Source: Deltaproteobacteria bacterium (GTDB lineage Bacteria; Myxococcota; Kuafuiibacteriia; Kuafuiibacteriales; Kuafuiibacteriaceae). From it: 64,000 nt of DNA. The DNA lies in NCBI GenBank assembly GCA_040218735.1, contig JAVJQW010000057.1:500005-564004 (forward strand), in the 5' to 3' direction. The translations under genes were made by a program, and so were the position numbers. Positions within the stretch are counted from its first letter, which is position 1; each line of letters begins with the position of its first letter. Shown here piece by piece: positions 26,278 to 36,979 of the stretch. Below the pieces are notes generated by a model, which saw nothing but the letters and a program-made list of their open reading frames with translations, was not told the origin of the DNA and searched no databases.

Positions 26278-27576
26278 TCACGACTCGACTCGAGCTTCGA
26301 TCGCCGCGAGGAGCGCGTCGACCTCGGCGGCCGAGAGGGTCTCCTTCTCATCGAGCCGACCCGCCATGGCGGGGAAGGTTCGCGTCGCGTTCCACGAGCG
26401 CTCGATCGTCCCGTCCGAGATCAAGACCACCCGTTCGCCGTCGAACGGCGCGATGTCCGCGGGGACCCCTTCGTTCCAGATCCAGCTGTCGGTGTCGTCC
26501 TGCCCCGCGACCCCGCCCCCGCGGAGGCCCATCCACTGCACGAGCTGCCACCGGCTCGTCACGGTGCGCTTCGCGTCAGATCCGTCGCCCGCCGCCGCGA
26601 CCGCGCCGGGTGAAGGCGGCTCGCCGGGGAAGCGGGATCCGGCAAGCGCGCCGAGTAGCAACGTGTGGAGTTGGAAGTTGTCTGCGATGCCCGTCATCAC
26701 GAAGCGCACCCCGACGCGCGACGGGACGTGCACGACGACGAGCGACTCCACGTCGAGCACCTGCACCATCTTCCCGAGGAACCCGTACTGCTCGTCGTAG
26801 CGACGAAGGAGCTCACGCAAACGAACGCGCTCCGAGAAGTGCGCCCGCACCTCGGCGGACTGCGCGAAACACGCGACCGCGGCCTGCTCCATCGCGACGA
26901 AGGACTCCGGGAGCTCGCGTTCGTCGTCGGGGCCGTCGATCGTCTCGAGCATCGTCGCGAGCGCTTCGAACACCGCCGGCGGAAAACGACGGGCGTCCGC
27001 CCCCTGCTCGACGAGCGCGCCGGCGCCGAGCGCGAGCAGCGAGACGCGGTGCGGAGGGTACGCGCGAATCGGCGCATCGAGCCGGTGGAGGATCTGCTCG
27101 CGGTCCTCCCGCTTGTTGCAGAGCGCCTGCACGATGTTGGGGTCCAGCTCGTCGCCGCGGAGCCCCTCGTCGAGCGCCGCGAAGAGCTCGTCGACGCTCG
27201 CGCCGGCGTACTGCCCGCCGCCGGAGAACACGCCGAGATCCGCGAGCACGTACTCGATGACCTCGGGGCCCATGATCGGCCACGCCATCAACCCGTGCAC
27301 CAGCGTCATCACCCGCGGTGACCCACCGACGAGCTCGTACGCGAAGTACGCCAACCCGCACCCCGCGCCGAGGAACACCCACGCCACGAGGACGGACTTC
27401 GTGTCGAGAACGAACACGCCGCCGACGAGCGCGGCGTAGCTCCCGAGGATCCCGAGGTTGCGGAGGCGACGTACTGGGGCGTCGAACATCGAGAACACCG
27501 TCGTGAAGAAGAACGGGAACCCCAACAGGAGCAGCGCGGCGTCGAGGTCGACGAGTTCCTTCAACGCTTCCGGCAT
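26278..27576 (-). CDS. Hypothetical protein: N-terminal TM region plus conserved-looking soluble domain
   Basis: Hydrophobic N-terminus; GIADNFQLHTLL and WIWNEGVPADI motifs. Confidence 0.75.
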   Translation of the reverse strand: MPEALKELVDLDAALLLLGFPFFFTTVFSMFDAPVRRLRNLGILGSYAALVGGVFVLDTKSVLVAWVFLGAGCGLAYFAYELVGGSPRVMTLVHGLMAWPIMGPEVIEYVLADLGVFSGGGQYAGASVDELFAALDEGLRGDELDPNIVQALCNKREDREQILHRLDAPIRAYPPHRVSLLALGAGALVEQGADARRFPPAVFEALATMLETIDGPDDERELPESFVAMEQAAVACFAQSAEVRAHFSERVRLRELLRRYDEQYGFLGKMVQVLDVESLVVVHVPSRVGVRFVMTGIADNFQLHTLLLGALAGSRFPGEPPSPGAVAAAGDGSDAKRTVTSRWQLVQWMGLRGGGVAGQDDTDSWIWNEGVPADIAPFDGERVVLISDGTIERSWNATRTFPAMAGRLDEKETLSAAEVDALLAAIEARVES

Positions 27577-27610
27577 CGCGCAGCGTGATAACGCGCCGGA
27601 CCGCCTCGCG

Positions 27611-29254
27611 CTACGGGCAGTAGCGATCCGGCCAGCCCTGCACGCAGGCGCTCCCGTCCGGGCACATTCGACTCGGTGGGCACGCCGCGAAGCAGTACCC
27701 CGCCGCGCCCCACCCCGCCGTCGTCGGGTGCGTGCAGACCTGGTCCATCGGGCACGTCGGACCGTCGACGCCGACCGGCGCGATGACACACGGGTTCATG
27801 CAGCGCGGCGAAGCGACATCCGCGGGACACGCACCCTCCGCGCACGGATCCGGCGCGCCCGGCGTGCAGCGGTCGAACAGCGTGAGCGTGGACGTCGTCG
27901 TGAGCGAACACGCGAACGCACCTTCGATGCGGCCGAGCTGCGGCGAGTCGAAGGTCTCGGCGCCCGATGCACACAACGCCGGATCGAGCGCGGGCACACA
28001 CACGCCGCCCGAGATCCGCGCGGCGCACGCGAGCTGCCGCGGCTCCCCCTCCAGCGGGACCCGCGACGCACACTGCCCCGCCGGCACCTGGCGCGCGGCG
28101 ACGTTCTGGAGCGTCGGGCTGCACGGCAACGTGCAGAAGTTCGCGTCACATACCCCGCCGAGGTTCAGGCAGGTGTTGTCGGCCGAACACGACGGCACGG
28201 TGCAGACACCACCGAACGCGAGGTCCTCGAGGCAGGTTGCGCCGTCCGGACAGTGAGCGTCGACTTCACATCTACCGAGCAACGGTCGCGCCGCATAGCC
28301 GAGCTCCAGCGGATCCAGCCGCGCCGGTGCGGTCGCGATCCGCGAGAGCAGATCGTGCGACAGGCTCGACACCCACGACGCACACGCAGCGGCGTCCGTC
28401 ACGAGGCCACGATCCACGATCACCGCGCACGCTGCGGCGGCGAGCGGTGCGTTCGGCGTCGGCGCGTAACACGGGCCCGGCAGGATCGGCTTGGTGCGAT
28501 CGACCTCCGGGACGACCGTGTCACGCCACCGAAACGCGATACCGCACAGGTCTCGGCTCGCCTCCACCGCCTCGAGGCAGGCCTGGGACGCGACGACGCC
28601 CGCGCGCCCTTCCCCGTCGACACCGCTGGTGAACATCTCGACGCACGCCGAGCGCTGCCCGACGGTCGGCGGGATCTCGCCGCGACGATCGCAGAACGCA
28701 CGCTCGCAGATCTGCTCCGCGAGCGTCGGCATCACGCCCGCATCGACCCCCGAGTCCACGCCGACGCCGCCGTCGCGCTGCGGGACCGTGATCCCGTTCG
28801 TCGCGCCACACGCCGCGACCGAAGCGCACGCGCCCTCGCGATCGATCCAGTCGATGCCGCAACACACGCCGCCGGGGCAGTCGCTGTCGGCGCCGCACGC
28901 GATCGTCTCGTCGTAGGTCGTGGCGGGCGGCGTGGGTTCACTCGCGCAGGTGTCGGCGGCGAGGCACGTGAGGGTTCGGTCGCAGCAGACCAGGTCGGGC
29001 GCGCAGCCCTCTGCGGTCGACGAGCGCCCGCACGGTGCGCCCTCCGGGAAGAACGGCGTGTACGTCCCGCCGCCGGCGGTGCAGATCTCCCGACTCAGAC
29101 AGACCGGCGCACCGACCTCCGTCAGCTCGGTGCCGAGGCCGCCCTGACAACACACCAGCGGGAGCAGGCAGTCCGCGGGCCCGTCGCAGCGCACGGTGGG
29201 GTCCTTCAGGCTGCACGCGGGTAGGAGCACCGCGAAGAGCAACAGACGCTTCAC
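27611..29254 (-). CDS. Cys-rich lipoprotein
   Basis: GTG overlapping the upstream stop; lipobox LPAC; many CxxxxDC repeats. Confidence 0.8.
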   Translation of the reverse strand: MKRLLLFAVLLPACSLKDPTVRCDGPADCLLPLVCCQGGLGTELTEVGAPVCLSREICTAGGGTYTPFFPEGAPCGRSSTAEGCAPDLVCCDRTLTCLAADTCASEPTPPATTYDETIACGADSDCPGGVCCGIDWIDREGACASVAACGATNGITVPQRDGGVGVDSGVDAGVMPTLAEQICERAFCDRRGEIPPTVGQRSACVEMFTSGVDGEGRAGVVASQACLEAVEASRDLCGIAFRWRDTVVPEVDRTKPILPGPCYAPTPNAPLAAAACAVIVDRGLVTDAAACASWVSSLSHDLLSRIATAPARLDPLELGYAARPLLGRCEVDAHCPDGATCLEDLAFGGVCTVPSCSADNTCLNLGGVCDANFCTLPCSPTLQNVAARQVPAGQCASRVPLEGEPRQLACAARISGGVCVPALDPALCASGAETFDSPQLGRIEGAFACSLTTTSTLTLFDRCTPGAPDPCAEGACPADVASPRCMNPCVIAPVGVDGPTCPMDQVCTHPTTAGWGAAGYCFAACPPSRMCPDGSACVQGWPDRYCP

Positions 29255-30273
29255 AGCAGCACCTCGATCCCGAAGATCGGTCCCCACACGAGGTAGTCCG
29301 GCAGCAGGAAGAGCATCTCGTTCTCGTCGAGCTTGGAACCGCCGAACGCTCCGCCGATCGGGGAGATGAAGTCGGCGCGGAACCCAGCGTACGGTTTGAT
29401 CGCAAGCCAGCCTGCGACATCGATGACACTCACGACGGTGATCGAAACCTCGGCCTCCACCAACAACGCGAAGAGGCTCCCCCAGTCACCGTAGTCGACG
29501 TGCGCGAAGCCGGTCAGCGGGATCGCCGACAGCTCGTACTCGAAGTCGATCAGCTCCGGCTCGCGAATCTCCCGGTCGACACGAATACCGAGCCCCGCCG
29601 CGTTCACTCGCGCGGTCTGGAGACCCGGCGGATCCACACCGATGATCTCGATGGCCTGCGGCTTGGAGAAACGGGTGTAGCGCAGGAAGAACATCCCCGC
29701 GGAGAGCTGGCCGGACAGGAAGTTCGTGTTCCACTCCTCGTCCTTCGAACCCACCCAGACCTGGTTGTCGCGGAAACCGAACTGCGTGCCGTCGACGCTG
29801 CCGCGGAAGTTTCCCACGCGGAGCTGTAGACCGACCTCCGTCCCCACGAGCTCTTCGAGCGCGCGACTCTTCAGCTCACCGATCAACTCACGCAGCACGG
29901 TGCGCGCGATGCGGTTTTCGACGAGCTCGTCGATGGCGTCGGTGCCCGGTGAGAGCAACTCATCGGTCAGCGCAGAGAACGCGAAGTCATAGTCACCGAC
30001 GGTGAGTTTCAGGCCGACCTCGCTGATGATCCCGGAGCCTCGACCCACCGCCGAATCCGGCGGACCGACGACGTCCGACTGCGCCATGAACGAGAACAGG
30101 CCGCGGCTCAGGTAGCCGATCCACAACCCGGTACGGACCTCCGCGGCGTTCTCGGCGCCGAAGAGGCGCCCGATCATCCGAGGCTCATCCTGGGGCTCGT
30201 CGGCGAACGCGACGCCCGTGCCCATGACCGCGACGAAACCCGCCGCTACGAATACCGACCGCAATCCACCCAC
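29251..30273 (-). CDS. Secreted, probable outer-membrane beta-barrel protein
   Basis: Signal peptide ending AFA; amphipathic beta strands; C-terminal WGPIFGIEVLL. Confidence 0.65.
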   Translation of the reverse strand: MGGLRSVFVAAGFVAVMGTGVAFADEPQDEPRMIGRLFGAENAAEVRTGLWIGYLSRGLFSFMAQSDVVGPPDSAVGRGSGIISEVGLKLTVGDYDFAFSALTDELLSPGTDAIDELVENRIARTVLRELIGELKSRALEELVGTEVGLQLRVGNFRGSVDGTQFGFRDNQVWVGSKDEEWNTNFLSGQLSAGMFFLRYTRFSKPQAIEIIGVDPPGLQTARVNAAGLGIRVDREIREPELIDFEYELSAIPLTGFAHVDYGDWGSLFALLVEAEVSITVVSVIDVAGWLAIKPYAGFRADFISPIGGAFGGSKLDENEMLFLLPDYLVWGPIFGIEVLL

Positions 30274-30326
30274 TTGTCCGACGATCTCATCGGTCGTTCA
30301 AGTGGCGGCTTGAGGCTTCGAGACGG

Positions 30327-31454
30327 TCAACGGCTGCAGAACATGTAGTGATAACAGTCGGCCATCATGCCGTCCGTCCAGGCGCCCCCGTGGTAGCGAA
30401 CCCGGTACGCGACGGGCGTCGGCGGATCGTCGAAGGCCCGCGGCGGCGCGTTGGGGACGGTCGCACCGCAGCCCGCGAGCGGCGGTGTGCTCGCCGCGTA
30501 GTCGGCGTGCGGGAGGACGAGGTGGAACGAGTCACAGGCGTTGTGGTGGTTCCACTGGTAGTTCATCACCGCCTCCACCGCGGCCGCACCGTCGAAGACA
30601 AACGGCTCCTGCTCGTCGACCGACAGCGCCGGGTTCGTGTCGGTCACCGTGAGGTGCTCGATCCGATAACCCTCGGTCTCACCGCCGCCGAGGAAGGAGC
30701 AGTAACGCGCTTCGAAGTGTGCGGTGTCGAAGTCGAACGTCGCCTCGTTCGGCCACTCACCGAAGGGGCACTCGAGGTCGGCGAAGACGTTGCCCTCGAC
30801 GAGTGTCCCGACGAGCACGCCCACCGACGTGTACTCGATCTGCGCGCCGGACAGGTTCGCGCTGGTCATCCCGACGAAGTCCGCGTGCCCGTGGACGATC
30901 ACGCCGCTCTCCTGCTCGACCCGAATCCGCAGCGAGGACGAGTCCCCCGCGAGCGCGTCCGCGAGGCCCTCGACCGGAAAACGATCCACGGGGACGCGGT
31001 ACTCGATCGCCGGGCCCTCCGGCAGATCGATGAGGTCCATCGACGGCGCGGTCGCTTCGGCGTCGCGGACGTAATACTGCGCCGTCGACCAGCGCAGGAA
31101 GAGCATCGCGGCGAGGACCGGCCCGCTCGAGGTCTGACAGACGTCGAAGCGCGCGCCGTAGGTGACGTTGTCACCCGCCTCCGGCTCGAGGAACGCCGGG
31201 CCATTGGGGAGCTCGAGGGCGCTCGCCGGGGGGAGCGTCGCGGGCGCGACGAGGGAGTAGGAGGTCAGCGGCGCCCCCGGCGGACACAGGTCACTGACGA
31301 CACCCCCGTCCAGGTGGCCGCCGTCCGGGGTCCCGCCGTCGCGCTGCGCTGCGCCCGCGTCACGAAGCGGGGTGCCGCCGTCGCGGGGAGGATCGTCGCG
31401 GCGTGTCTCGCCGCAGGCGACGAGGAGACAGAGCAGGAGGAGGCGTGCGCGCAT
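30327..31454 (-). CDS. Lipoprotein of unknown function
   Basis: MRARLLLLCLLVAC lipobox; RDGG linker; C-terminal YQWNHHNACD. Confidence 0.75.
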   Translation of the reverse strand: MRARLLLLCLLVACGETRRDDPPRDGGTPLRDAGAAQRDGGTPDGGHLDGGVVSDLCPPGAPLTSYSLVAPATLPPASALELPNGPAFLEPEAGDNVTYGARFDVCQTSSGPVLAAMLFLRWSTAQYYVRDAEATAPSMDLIDLPEGPAIEYRVPVDRFPVEGLADALAGDSSSLRIRVEQESGVIVHGHADFVGMTSANLSGAQIEYTSVGVLVGTLVEGNVFADLECPFGEWPNEATFDFDTAHFEARYCSFLGGGETEGYRIEHLTVTDTNPALSVDEQEPFVFDGAAAVEAVMNYQWNHHNACDSFHLVLPHADYAASTPPLAGCGATVPNAPPRAFDDPPTPVAYRVRYHGGAWTDGMMADCYHYMFCSR

Positions 31455-31529
31455 GGTGGTCGGTGAACGCAACAGTGGGACCAACGGGCGGCGCTCGCAA
31501 TCGACCGGCGTTGCGTCGAAAATCTGATT

Positions 31530-31913
31530 GTGTCGACCCGCCTCCGCGTCGCGCTCGCCCTCCCCGTCACGATCGGCGTCGGGCTCGCCGCTCGGTTCCT
31601 CTTGCCGGGCGCCATCGCCAACTTCCTCGGCGTCGCGCTGTGGTCGGGCCTGGTCTACCTCCTCGTCGTCTTCGTTCGTCCCACGATTCGACCCGTGACC
31701 GCGGGGATCGTCACCGGTTCGATCAGCCTCGCCGTCGAGCTGTTCCAGCTCACCGAGATCCCCCTCGCGCTCGCGAAGGTCAGCGTCCTGTTTCGGCTCG
31801 CGCTCGGGACGCACTTCGCGCTGGACGATCTGCCCGGGTACGCCGTCGGGACGATCGCGGCGGCGCTCGTGCACTTCGGACTTCAGAGGAAGACGCAGCC
31901 CTCGCCGCGGTAG
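31530..31913 (+). CDS. DUF2809 family membrane protein
   Basis: GVALW, VELFQL, LALGTHFALDDLPGYAVG. Confidence 0.75.
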   Translation: MSTRLRVALALPVTIGVGLAARFLLPGAIANFLGVALWSGLVYLLVVFVRPTIRPVTAGIVTGSISLAVELFQLTEIPLALAKVSVLFRLALGTHFALDDLPGYAVGTIAAALVHFGLQRKTQPSPR

Positions 31914-33097
31914 GTCGGCGCGCGTTTCACGATTCGATCTCCGCGAACGAAGACGTACTGCGCGAAGTGCTCCGCGAGCTCACCCGCCTTCGCGTGGCGA
32001 AAGAAGATTGGATCGCCGAGCGCCACGGTCATCCCCGCCGGCAGACGCAGCGGCGTCTGCACCTCCCCCGCGCCCTCGAGATCGAACAGCTCGAGCCCCG
32101 CCGGTAGGTAGGGTCGCGGCAACCGATCGCGCCCCGCCTCGCCGGACGCGACGTACCCACCGCCGTGACAGGTCACCACGCCCGGCGCCGGGCGTCGCAC
32201 CGCCTGCACCGCGAAGAACACCGCGGGCACCAGATCCAACGCGCGGTAGTAGTCGAACAGGTGACTGTCGAGGAAGCCGGAGCCCGCGGTGACCTCCGTC
32301 AGCGCGTCCTCGGCGCTCGCCCAGTGCACACTCCCCGACCCACCACCGTTGAACATCGCGAGCTCGAACCCGTCCGCGCGGAGCACCTCGGCGATGCGCG
32401 CGCGCAGCCGCTCGACGGGGCCGCGGCTCAGCTTCTTGATCCCGCGCTTCGGGAGGTTGAGCAGGCGGCCGAAGGGGCTGTCGTCCGTCATGCCCGCGAT
32501 CTGCGCCTCGTAGCCCATCACGCCGTACAGCCGCACGCCCGCCGTGTCGCGGATGCGCCGCGCGAGCGCGAGCACCGCGTCGACGTCGGCGATCGGGCTG
32601 CGTCGCACGCCGAGGTGCACCTGGTCGCCGAGCCACCGCAGCGACATGTCGACGTCGATCACCACGGGGATCTCGACGCCGCGCTCCGCGCCCGCCGGAC
32701 CGAGCACGGCGAGGTGCTCCGCGTCGTCGACCGCGATCGAGACGGTGTTCGTCGCGGCGAGCGAGGCTAGAGTCTCGGCGTCACGCAGCGACGCGGACGG
32801 GTACGCGACGAAGACGTCGTCGAACCCGGACGCCACGAGGTGCTTGGCCTCGTCGACCTTGAAGCTCATGACGCCGCGGAACACGGCCGCGTCGAGCGCC
32901 ATGATGTGTCGCAACAGCTCCACGCACCGCACGGACTTCGAGGCGATCCGCAGCGTCTTGTTCGCGGCGCGCACCGGTCCGAGGAGCCGTTCGACGTTGG
33001 CGTCGACGGCGTCGAGGTCGACGACCGCGACGGGCAACGATTCACCCGCCACGGCCCCCGTGAGTCGTTCGTAGTCCTCCTCGGGGCTCAGAGACAC
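31883..33097 (-). CDS. PLP-dependent amino acid aldolase/deaminase (alanine racemase-like fold, DSD1 family)
   Basis: VVDLDAVDAN, LRIASKSVRC, GVMGYEAQIAG, NGGGSGS, EVTAGSG, GAGEVQTP, FRHAKAGE. Confidence 0.88.
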   Translation of the reverse strand: MSLSPEEDYERLTGAVAGESLPVAVVDLDAVDANVERLLGPVRAANKTLRIASKSVRCVELLRHIMALDAAVFRGVMSFKVDEAKHLVASGFDDVFVAYPSASLRDAETLASLAATNTVSIAVDDAEHLAVLGPAGAERGVEIPVVIDVDMSLRWLGDQVHLGVRRSPIADVDAVLALARRIRDTAGVRLYGVMGYEAQIAGMTDDSPFGRLLNLPKRGIKKLSRGPVERLRARIAEVLRADGFELAMFNGGGSGSVHWASAEDALTEVTAGSGFLDSHLFDYYRALDLVPAVFFAVQAVRRPAPGVVTCHGGGYVASGEAGRDRLPRPYLPAGLELFDLEGAGEVQTPLRLPAGMTVALGDPIFFRHAKAGELAEHFAQYVFVRGDRIVKRAPTYRGEGCVFL

Positions 33098-36039
33098 TGC
33101 GCAGCGTAGCTGATATCGACCGTCGTGCCAGGCTCCGGCGTCGCAAACGGCGTGAACACCACCGCGTTCGTCCCGCCGTCGTAGGCCCAGTTCACGATGC
33201 CGCCGTCGTTCGGCGGGAAGCTCACGCCGTCGATGAACACCTCGATCGTCGGCACCACCGGCTGCCCGCTGAGGAAGAACTGATTCCTCAGACCGAACGC
33301 CGTGCGCGACAGATCCTCGAGCGCCCGCGCCCAGTCCGCCGTGCAGATCGACTGGAACACCCCGCCGGTGCGGCGCGCCATGTCGATGTAACGCGGGCCC
33401 GCCCACGCCTGGCCGCCGGGGCCGCTACAGCCACCCGGGTCGTCGCCGACGATCGCCGAGAACGCGAACTTGTTGCGGTTCTGGAAGCCTTTGATGCTCG
33501 CGAAGAACTGGTAGTAGAAGTCGGTCGTGTTCGTGGAGAGGTCCGGCTGGTCCGACACCACGATGATCGACAGGAACGCCTGCGGACGCAGGAAGTTGCT
33601 GTGCTGACTCGCGTACGTCGGGTTCGACAGCGCGAAGTACGCCGCGTCGAAGCCCTTCTCGGGGCCTGGCCCGACGGCGCCCACCGCGACGTTCGCCTGG
33701 AACGCGGCGGCGGCGTTCGGCGTCTGCCGCGTGATCACCCGCTCCATCGGCGTGCCGCCCACCGGCTGGAACAGACCGAACCCACCGATCGCCTCGTCCA
33801 ACGTGACCGCGGCGATGTGGTAGTCGACGGCCTCGGCGTCCGCGTACGTGATGAACGACGCGAAGTTGGTGGACAGCGAAGCCTGCTCACCGCCCATCGA
33901 GCACGAGTTGTCGACGAGGAACAGGATGTCCGCCTGCGGGTTGCCGAGCTGCGTGAAGGCGTCGGTCTGAACCGCATCGACCTCACCGCGACCGGCCAAC
34001 GCGATCACGTGCCGCAGCATCGTCCCGGAGATCGTGTGCGGGATCTCGATCGCGTCCGCGTAGGCGCGCTCCGCCGTGGGGCGGAACTCGACGAGCAGCG
34101 ACGTCCCCTGCCCCGGCTGCAGCGTCATGCCCGCGGCCGGCAGCGAGTTGCCGTCGCGCACCACCGTGTACGGCGACGACGCCGACGGCTCCACGGTCGC
34201 GCCGATCGTCACCGGCACGGCGCCCACGTTGTACAGCTCCACCGGCTGCCGGCGGCTCGCACAGTTCACGCCGACGTCGCCGAAGTCGATCGAGTCCGGG
34301 AACACCAACAGGTCCGAGCTCCCCGCGTCCCCGGCGAGTGAGAAGCTCACCGGTGCGTCGCTCGCCGAGAAGTCGAGCCGCACCGAGCCGCTGTGGGTGC
34401 CCGCGGCCATCGGGCTGTACGCGACGCGAATCAGCTCGGCGCCGCCGCCCGGGACGACGCGCGCCGGCTCGGACTCCACCGCGAACGACGGATCGCTGCC
34501 CGGCTCCAGGGCGGCGCCGTAGATCAAGCAGTCCGCGCCACCGGTGTTCTCGAACACCGCCGCGCGGGTCTTCGTGCGACCGATCTCCGTGATGCCGAAC
34601 GTCATCGTCGTCGGCGAGATGCGATACGAACACGGCGGGACGTTGCGGCCTTCGCCGTCGAGATCGACGGTGACCTCGGGCTGCCCGACGTCGTTGGAAC
34701 GAATCACGAGCTCGGCGCGCGACGTACCCTCGGCGGTCGGCGCGTAGGTCACCGTGATGACCGCGCCGTCGCCGGGCGGAATCGCCGGCGGCAAGGCGCC
34801 CGGCGTGAAGAGCGCGGCGTCGTCACCGAGCATCGCCAGCTCCGAGATCTCGAGGTCGTGGAAGCCGGTGTTCGTGACGAGCAGCGAACGCGTGTACGGC
34901 ACGAGCGTCGCCACCAACCCGAAGTCGAGCGACTCCGGCGTCACGGTGATCGTCGGTCCGCCGCCGCGGCCTTCGAGCGGGACCACCACCGTACGCGACG
35001 CTGGCACCGGGCCGTCGGTCTCGACGGTCAGCGCTCCGGAGTGGTCGCCGAGCGACGACGGACAGAACTGAAGATCGATGTCCACCGACGACGACGCCTG
35101 GAGCGTCCGCGGCGAAGGATCGCGCGCGACGACGAACGCCGGGCTCGCCCCGTTCGCGAACCCCACCTGCGTGATGTTCGCGGGCAGCGCGCCGGTGTTC
35201 TCACACGTAACCGTCTGCGTCGCGCAGACCTCGGGGTTCACATCGCCGAAGTCGACTGGGCTCGGCGTGCAGACGATCGCCTGCTCCGTGCCTTCGCCGC
35301 GCAGACCGACGTCGAGCGTTCGACACGCGTCGCAGGTCTTGAGCTCGATCGTGGCGTCCTCGCGCAGCCCGGAGATCTGCGGCGTGAACTCGACCTGCAA
35401 GAGCTTCGACTCACCCGCGGCGAGCGCGAGGCGGCCGGAGGTGCGCGCGCTGGTGTCGTCGGTGGTGACGCAATAGACGTCGCGCGCGCCGCGGCTGCAC
35501 AGGTCGACGCCGGTCCCGCGATCGAACTGCACCTCGAGCGGCTCCTCCGAGGTGTTCGTCACCTCGAGCTCGAGGGTGTGGGTCTGGTCGATGAGCACGA
35601 GCCCGAAGTCGAGCTGCTCCGGATCCACGATGAGCTGCGAGTCGACCGCGTTGGCCTCGACGATCAGGTCGCGCGCGGGGACGTCGTCGACCGGCGTCAC
35701 CGTGAACACACCCCCGGCGACGCCGAGCGCCGTCGGCTCGAACGTGATGGACAGCTCCACCGCGGCGCCCGGCGCGACGCGGTCGTCGGCGAGCTCGAAC
35801 GTGAAGTCCGCCGCGAGGTCGGCGCTCGGCGCGATGCGATCGACGGTCAGGACGCCGGCGCCCGGGTTTCGAATCTCGGCGACGAGTGTCTTCTTCTCAC
35901 CGACGACGACGTCACCGAACTCCAACACCGAAGGGACGACCTCCAGCTCGGGGAGGTTCTCGGTGACTTGGGTGTCGTCGCACGCGACGAACACGACAGC
36001 GACGGTGACCAGGGCGCGTAGGCCCGAATTCCTCTTCAT
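33088..36039 (-). CDS. Lipoprotein with multiple choice-of-anchor D (ASH/Ig-like) domains and a C-terminal VWA domain
   Basis: Repeated P-x-x-L/V-D-F-G...N-x-G modules; DILFLVDNSCSM MIDAS motif. Confidence 0.85.
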   Translation of the reverse strand: MKRNSGLRALVTVAVVFVACDDTQVTENLPELEVVPSVLEFGDVVVGEKKTLVAEIRNPGAGVLTVDRIAPSADLAADFTFELADDRVAPGAAVELSITFEPTALGVAGGVFTVTPVDDVPARDLIVEANAVDSQLIVDPEQLDFGLVLIDQTHTLELEVTNTSEEPLEVQFDRGTGVDLCSRGARDVYCVTTDDTSARTSGRLALAAGESKLLQVEFTPQISGLREDATIELKTCDACRTLDVGLRGEGTEQAIVCTPSPVDFGDVNPEVCATQTVTCENTGALPANITQVGFANGASPAFVVARDPSPRTLQASSSVDIDLQFCPSSLGDHSGALTVETDGPVPASRTVVVPLEGRGGGPTITVTPESLDFGLVATLVPYTRSLLVTNTGFHDLEISELAMLGDDAALFTPGALPPAIPPGDGAVITVTYAPTAEGTSRAELVIRSNDVGQPEVTVDLDGEGRNVPPCSYRISPTTMTFGITEIGRTKTRAAVFENTGGADCLIYGAALEPGSDPSFAVESEPARVVPGGGAELIRVAYSPMAAGTHSGSVRLDFSASDAPVSFSLAGDAGSSDLLVFPDSIDFGDVGVNCASRRQPVELYNVGAVPVTIGATVEPSASSPYTVVRDGNSLPAAGMTLQPGQGTSLLVEFRPTAERAYADAIEIPHTISGTMLRHVIALAGRGEVDAVQTDAFTQLGNPQADILFLVDNSCSMGGEQASLSTNFASFITYADAEAVDYHIAAVTLDEAIGGFGLFQPVGGTPMERVITRQTPNAAAAFQANVAVGAVGPGPEKGFDAAYFALSNPTYASQHSNFLRPQAFLSIIVVSDQPDLSTNTTDFYYQFFASIKGFQNRNKFAFSAIVGDDPGGCSGPGGQAWAGPRYIDMARRTGGVFQSICTADWARALEDLSRTAFGLRNQFFLSGQPVVPTIEVFIDGVSFPPNDGGIVNWAYDGGTNAVVFTPFATPEPGTTVDISYAAQCL

Positions 36040-36153
36040 CTCGAACGACTCCTTGTCGCGTGCGGCGCGTTTCGGATCGACGGGGATTGTATTCGATACT
36101 CGGGTCGGGCGCCCGCGGGCGCGCCGGATGCGTCGCGCAGAAGGTGCGACACG

Positions 36154-36927
36154 TCAGGGCGTGTGGAGGTGATTCAACGGGCCGGGCCCTCGACCCACGT
36201 CGAGCGCCGATGCGCGGGCGATCGCGTCGCTGACGAAGGCCTTCGCCGCGACCACCGCTTCACGAAGCGCCAAGCCCCGCGCGAGGTGAGCGGCGATCGC
36301 GGAGGAGAGCGTGCACCCGCTCCCGTGGGTGTCTTCGGTCGCGATTCGCTGGCCTTCGATTCGGTGCAGCGCGGCGCCGTCCCAGAGGACGTCGACGCTC
36401 GAGTCCCCTTCGAGGTGTCCGCCCTTCACGAGCGCGGCCCGGGCACCGAGCTGCTGCGCGGCGACTTCCATCGCGGCGACGTCGGCCGGCGGCTCGTTCC
36501 CGAGCAGCGCACCGACCTCGAAGAGGTTGGGGGTGATGACGGTCGCGCGCGCCGCGAGGCGGCGCATCGCGGACAGCGCGTCGTCGTCGACCAGGCGCGC
36601 TCCGCTCGTCGCGATCAACACGGGGTCGAGCACCACCGGGACGTCCGGGAGCGCGTCGCTCACCGCGTCGATGATCTCGGCGGTCGGCAGCATCCCGATC
36701 TTGATGGCGTCGATTCGAATGTCGTCCAACACGGCCGCGAGCTGCGCCCGCACCACGTCGACCGGCAGCACGTGCACGTGGGTCACCGCGACGGTGTTCT
36801 GCGCCGTCACCGCGGTGATGACCGAGGCGCCGAACACGCCGAGCGCGGTGAACGTCTTGAGGTCGGCCTGGATCCCTGCGCCGCCCCCGGAGTCGGAGCC
36901 TGCGATCGTCAGCGTGTTGTGAACCAT
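36154..36927 (-). CDS. thiD: Hydroxymethylpyrimidine/phosphomethylpyrimidine kinase
   Basis: [47 protein letters not shown]. Confidence 0.96.
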   Translation of the reverse strand: MVHNTLTIAGSDSGGGAGIQADLKTFTALGVFGASVITAVTAQNTVAVTHVHVLPVDVVRAQLAAVLDDIRIDAIKIGMLPTAEIIDAVSDALPDVPVVLDPVLIATSGARLVDDDALSAMRRLAARATVITPNLFEVGALLGNEPPADVAAMEVAAQQLGARAALVKGGHLEGDSSVDVLWDGAALHRIEGQRIATEDTHGSGCTLSSAIAAHLARGLALREAVVAAKAFVSDAIARASALDVGRGPGPLNHLHTP

Positions 36928-36944
36928 GGAGGGGAGCGTGAGGT

Positions 36945-36968
36945 GGGGGGCGACGGACGCCGCCCCCC
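36945..36968 (-). terminator. GC-rich hairpin between the RRM gene and thiD
   Basis: Minus strand GGGGGGCGGC-GTCC-GTCGCCCCCC; no U tract, so terminator function is uncertain. Confidence 0.35.
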
Positions 36969-36979
36969 GGCTTCAAAGG

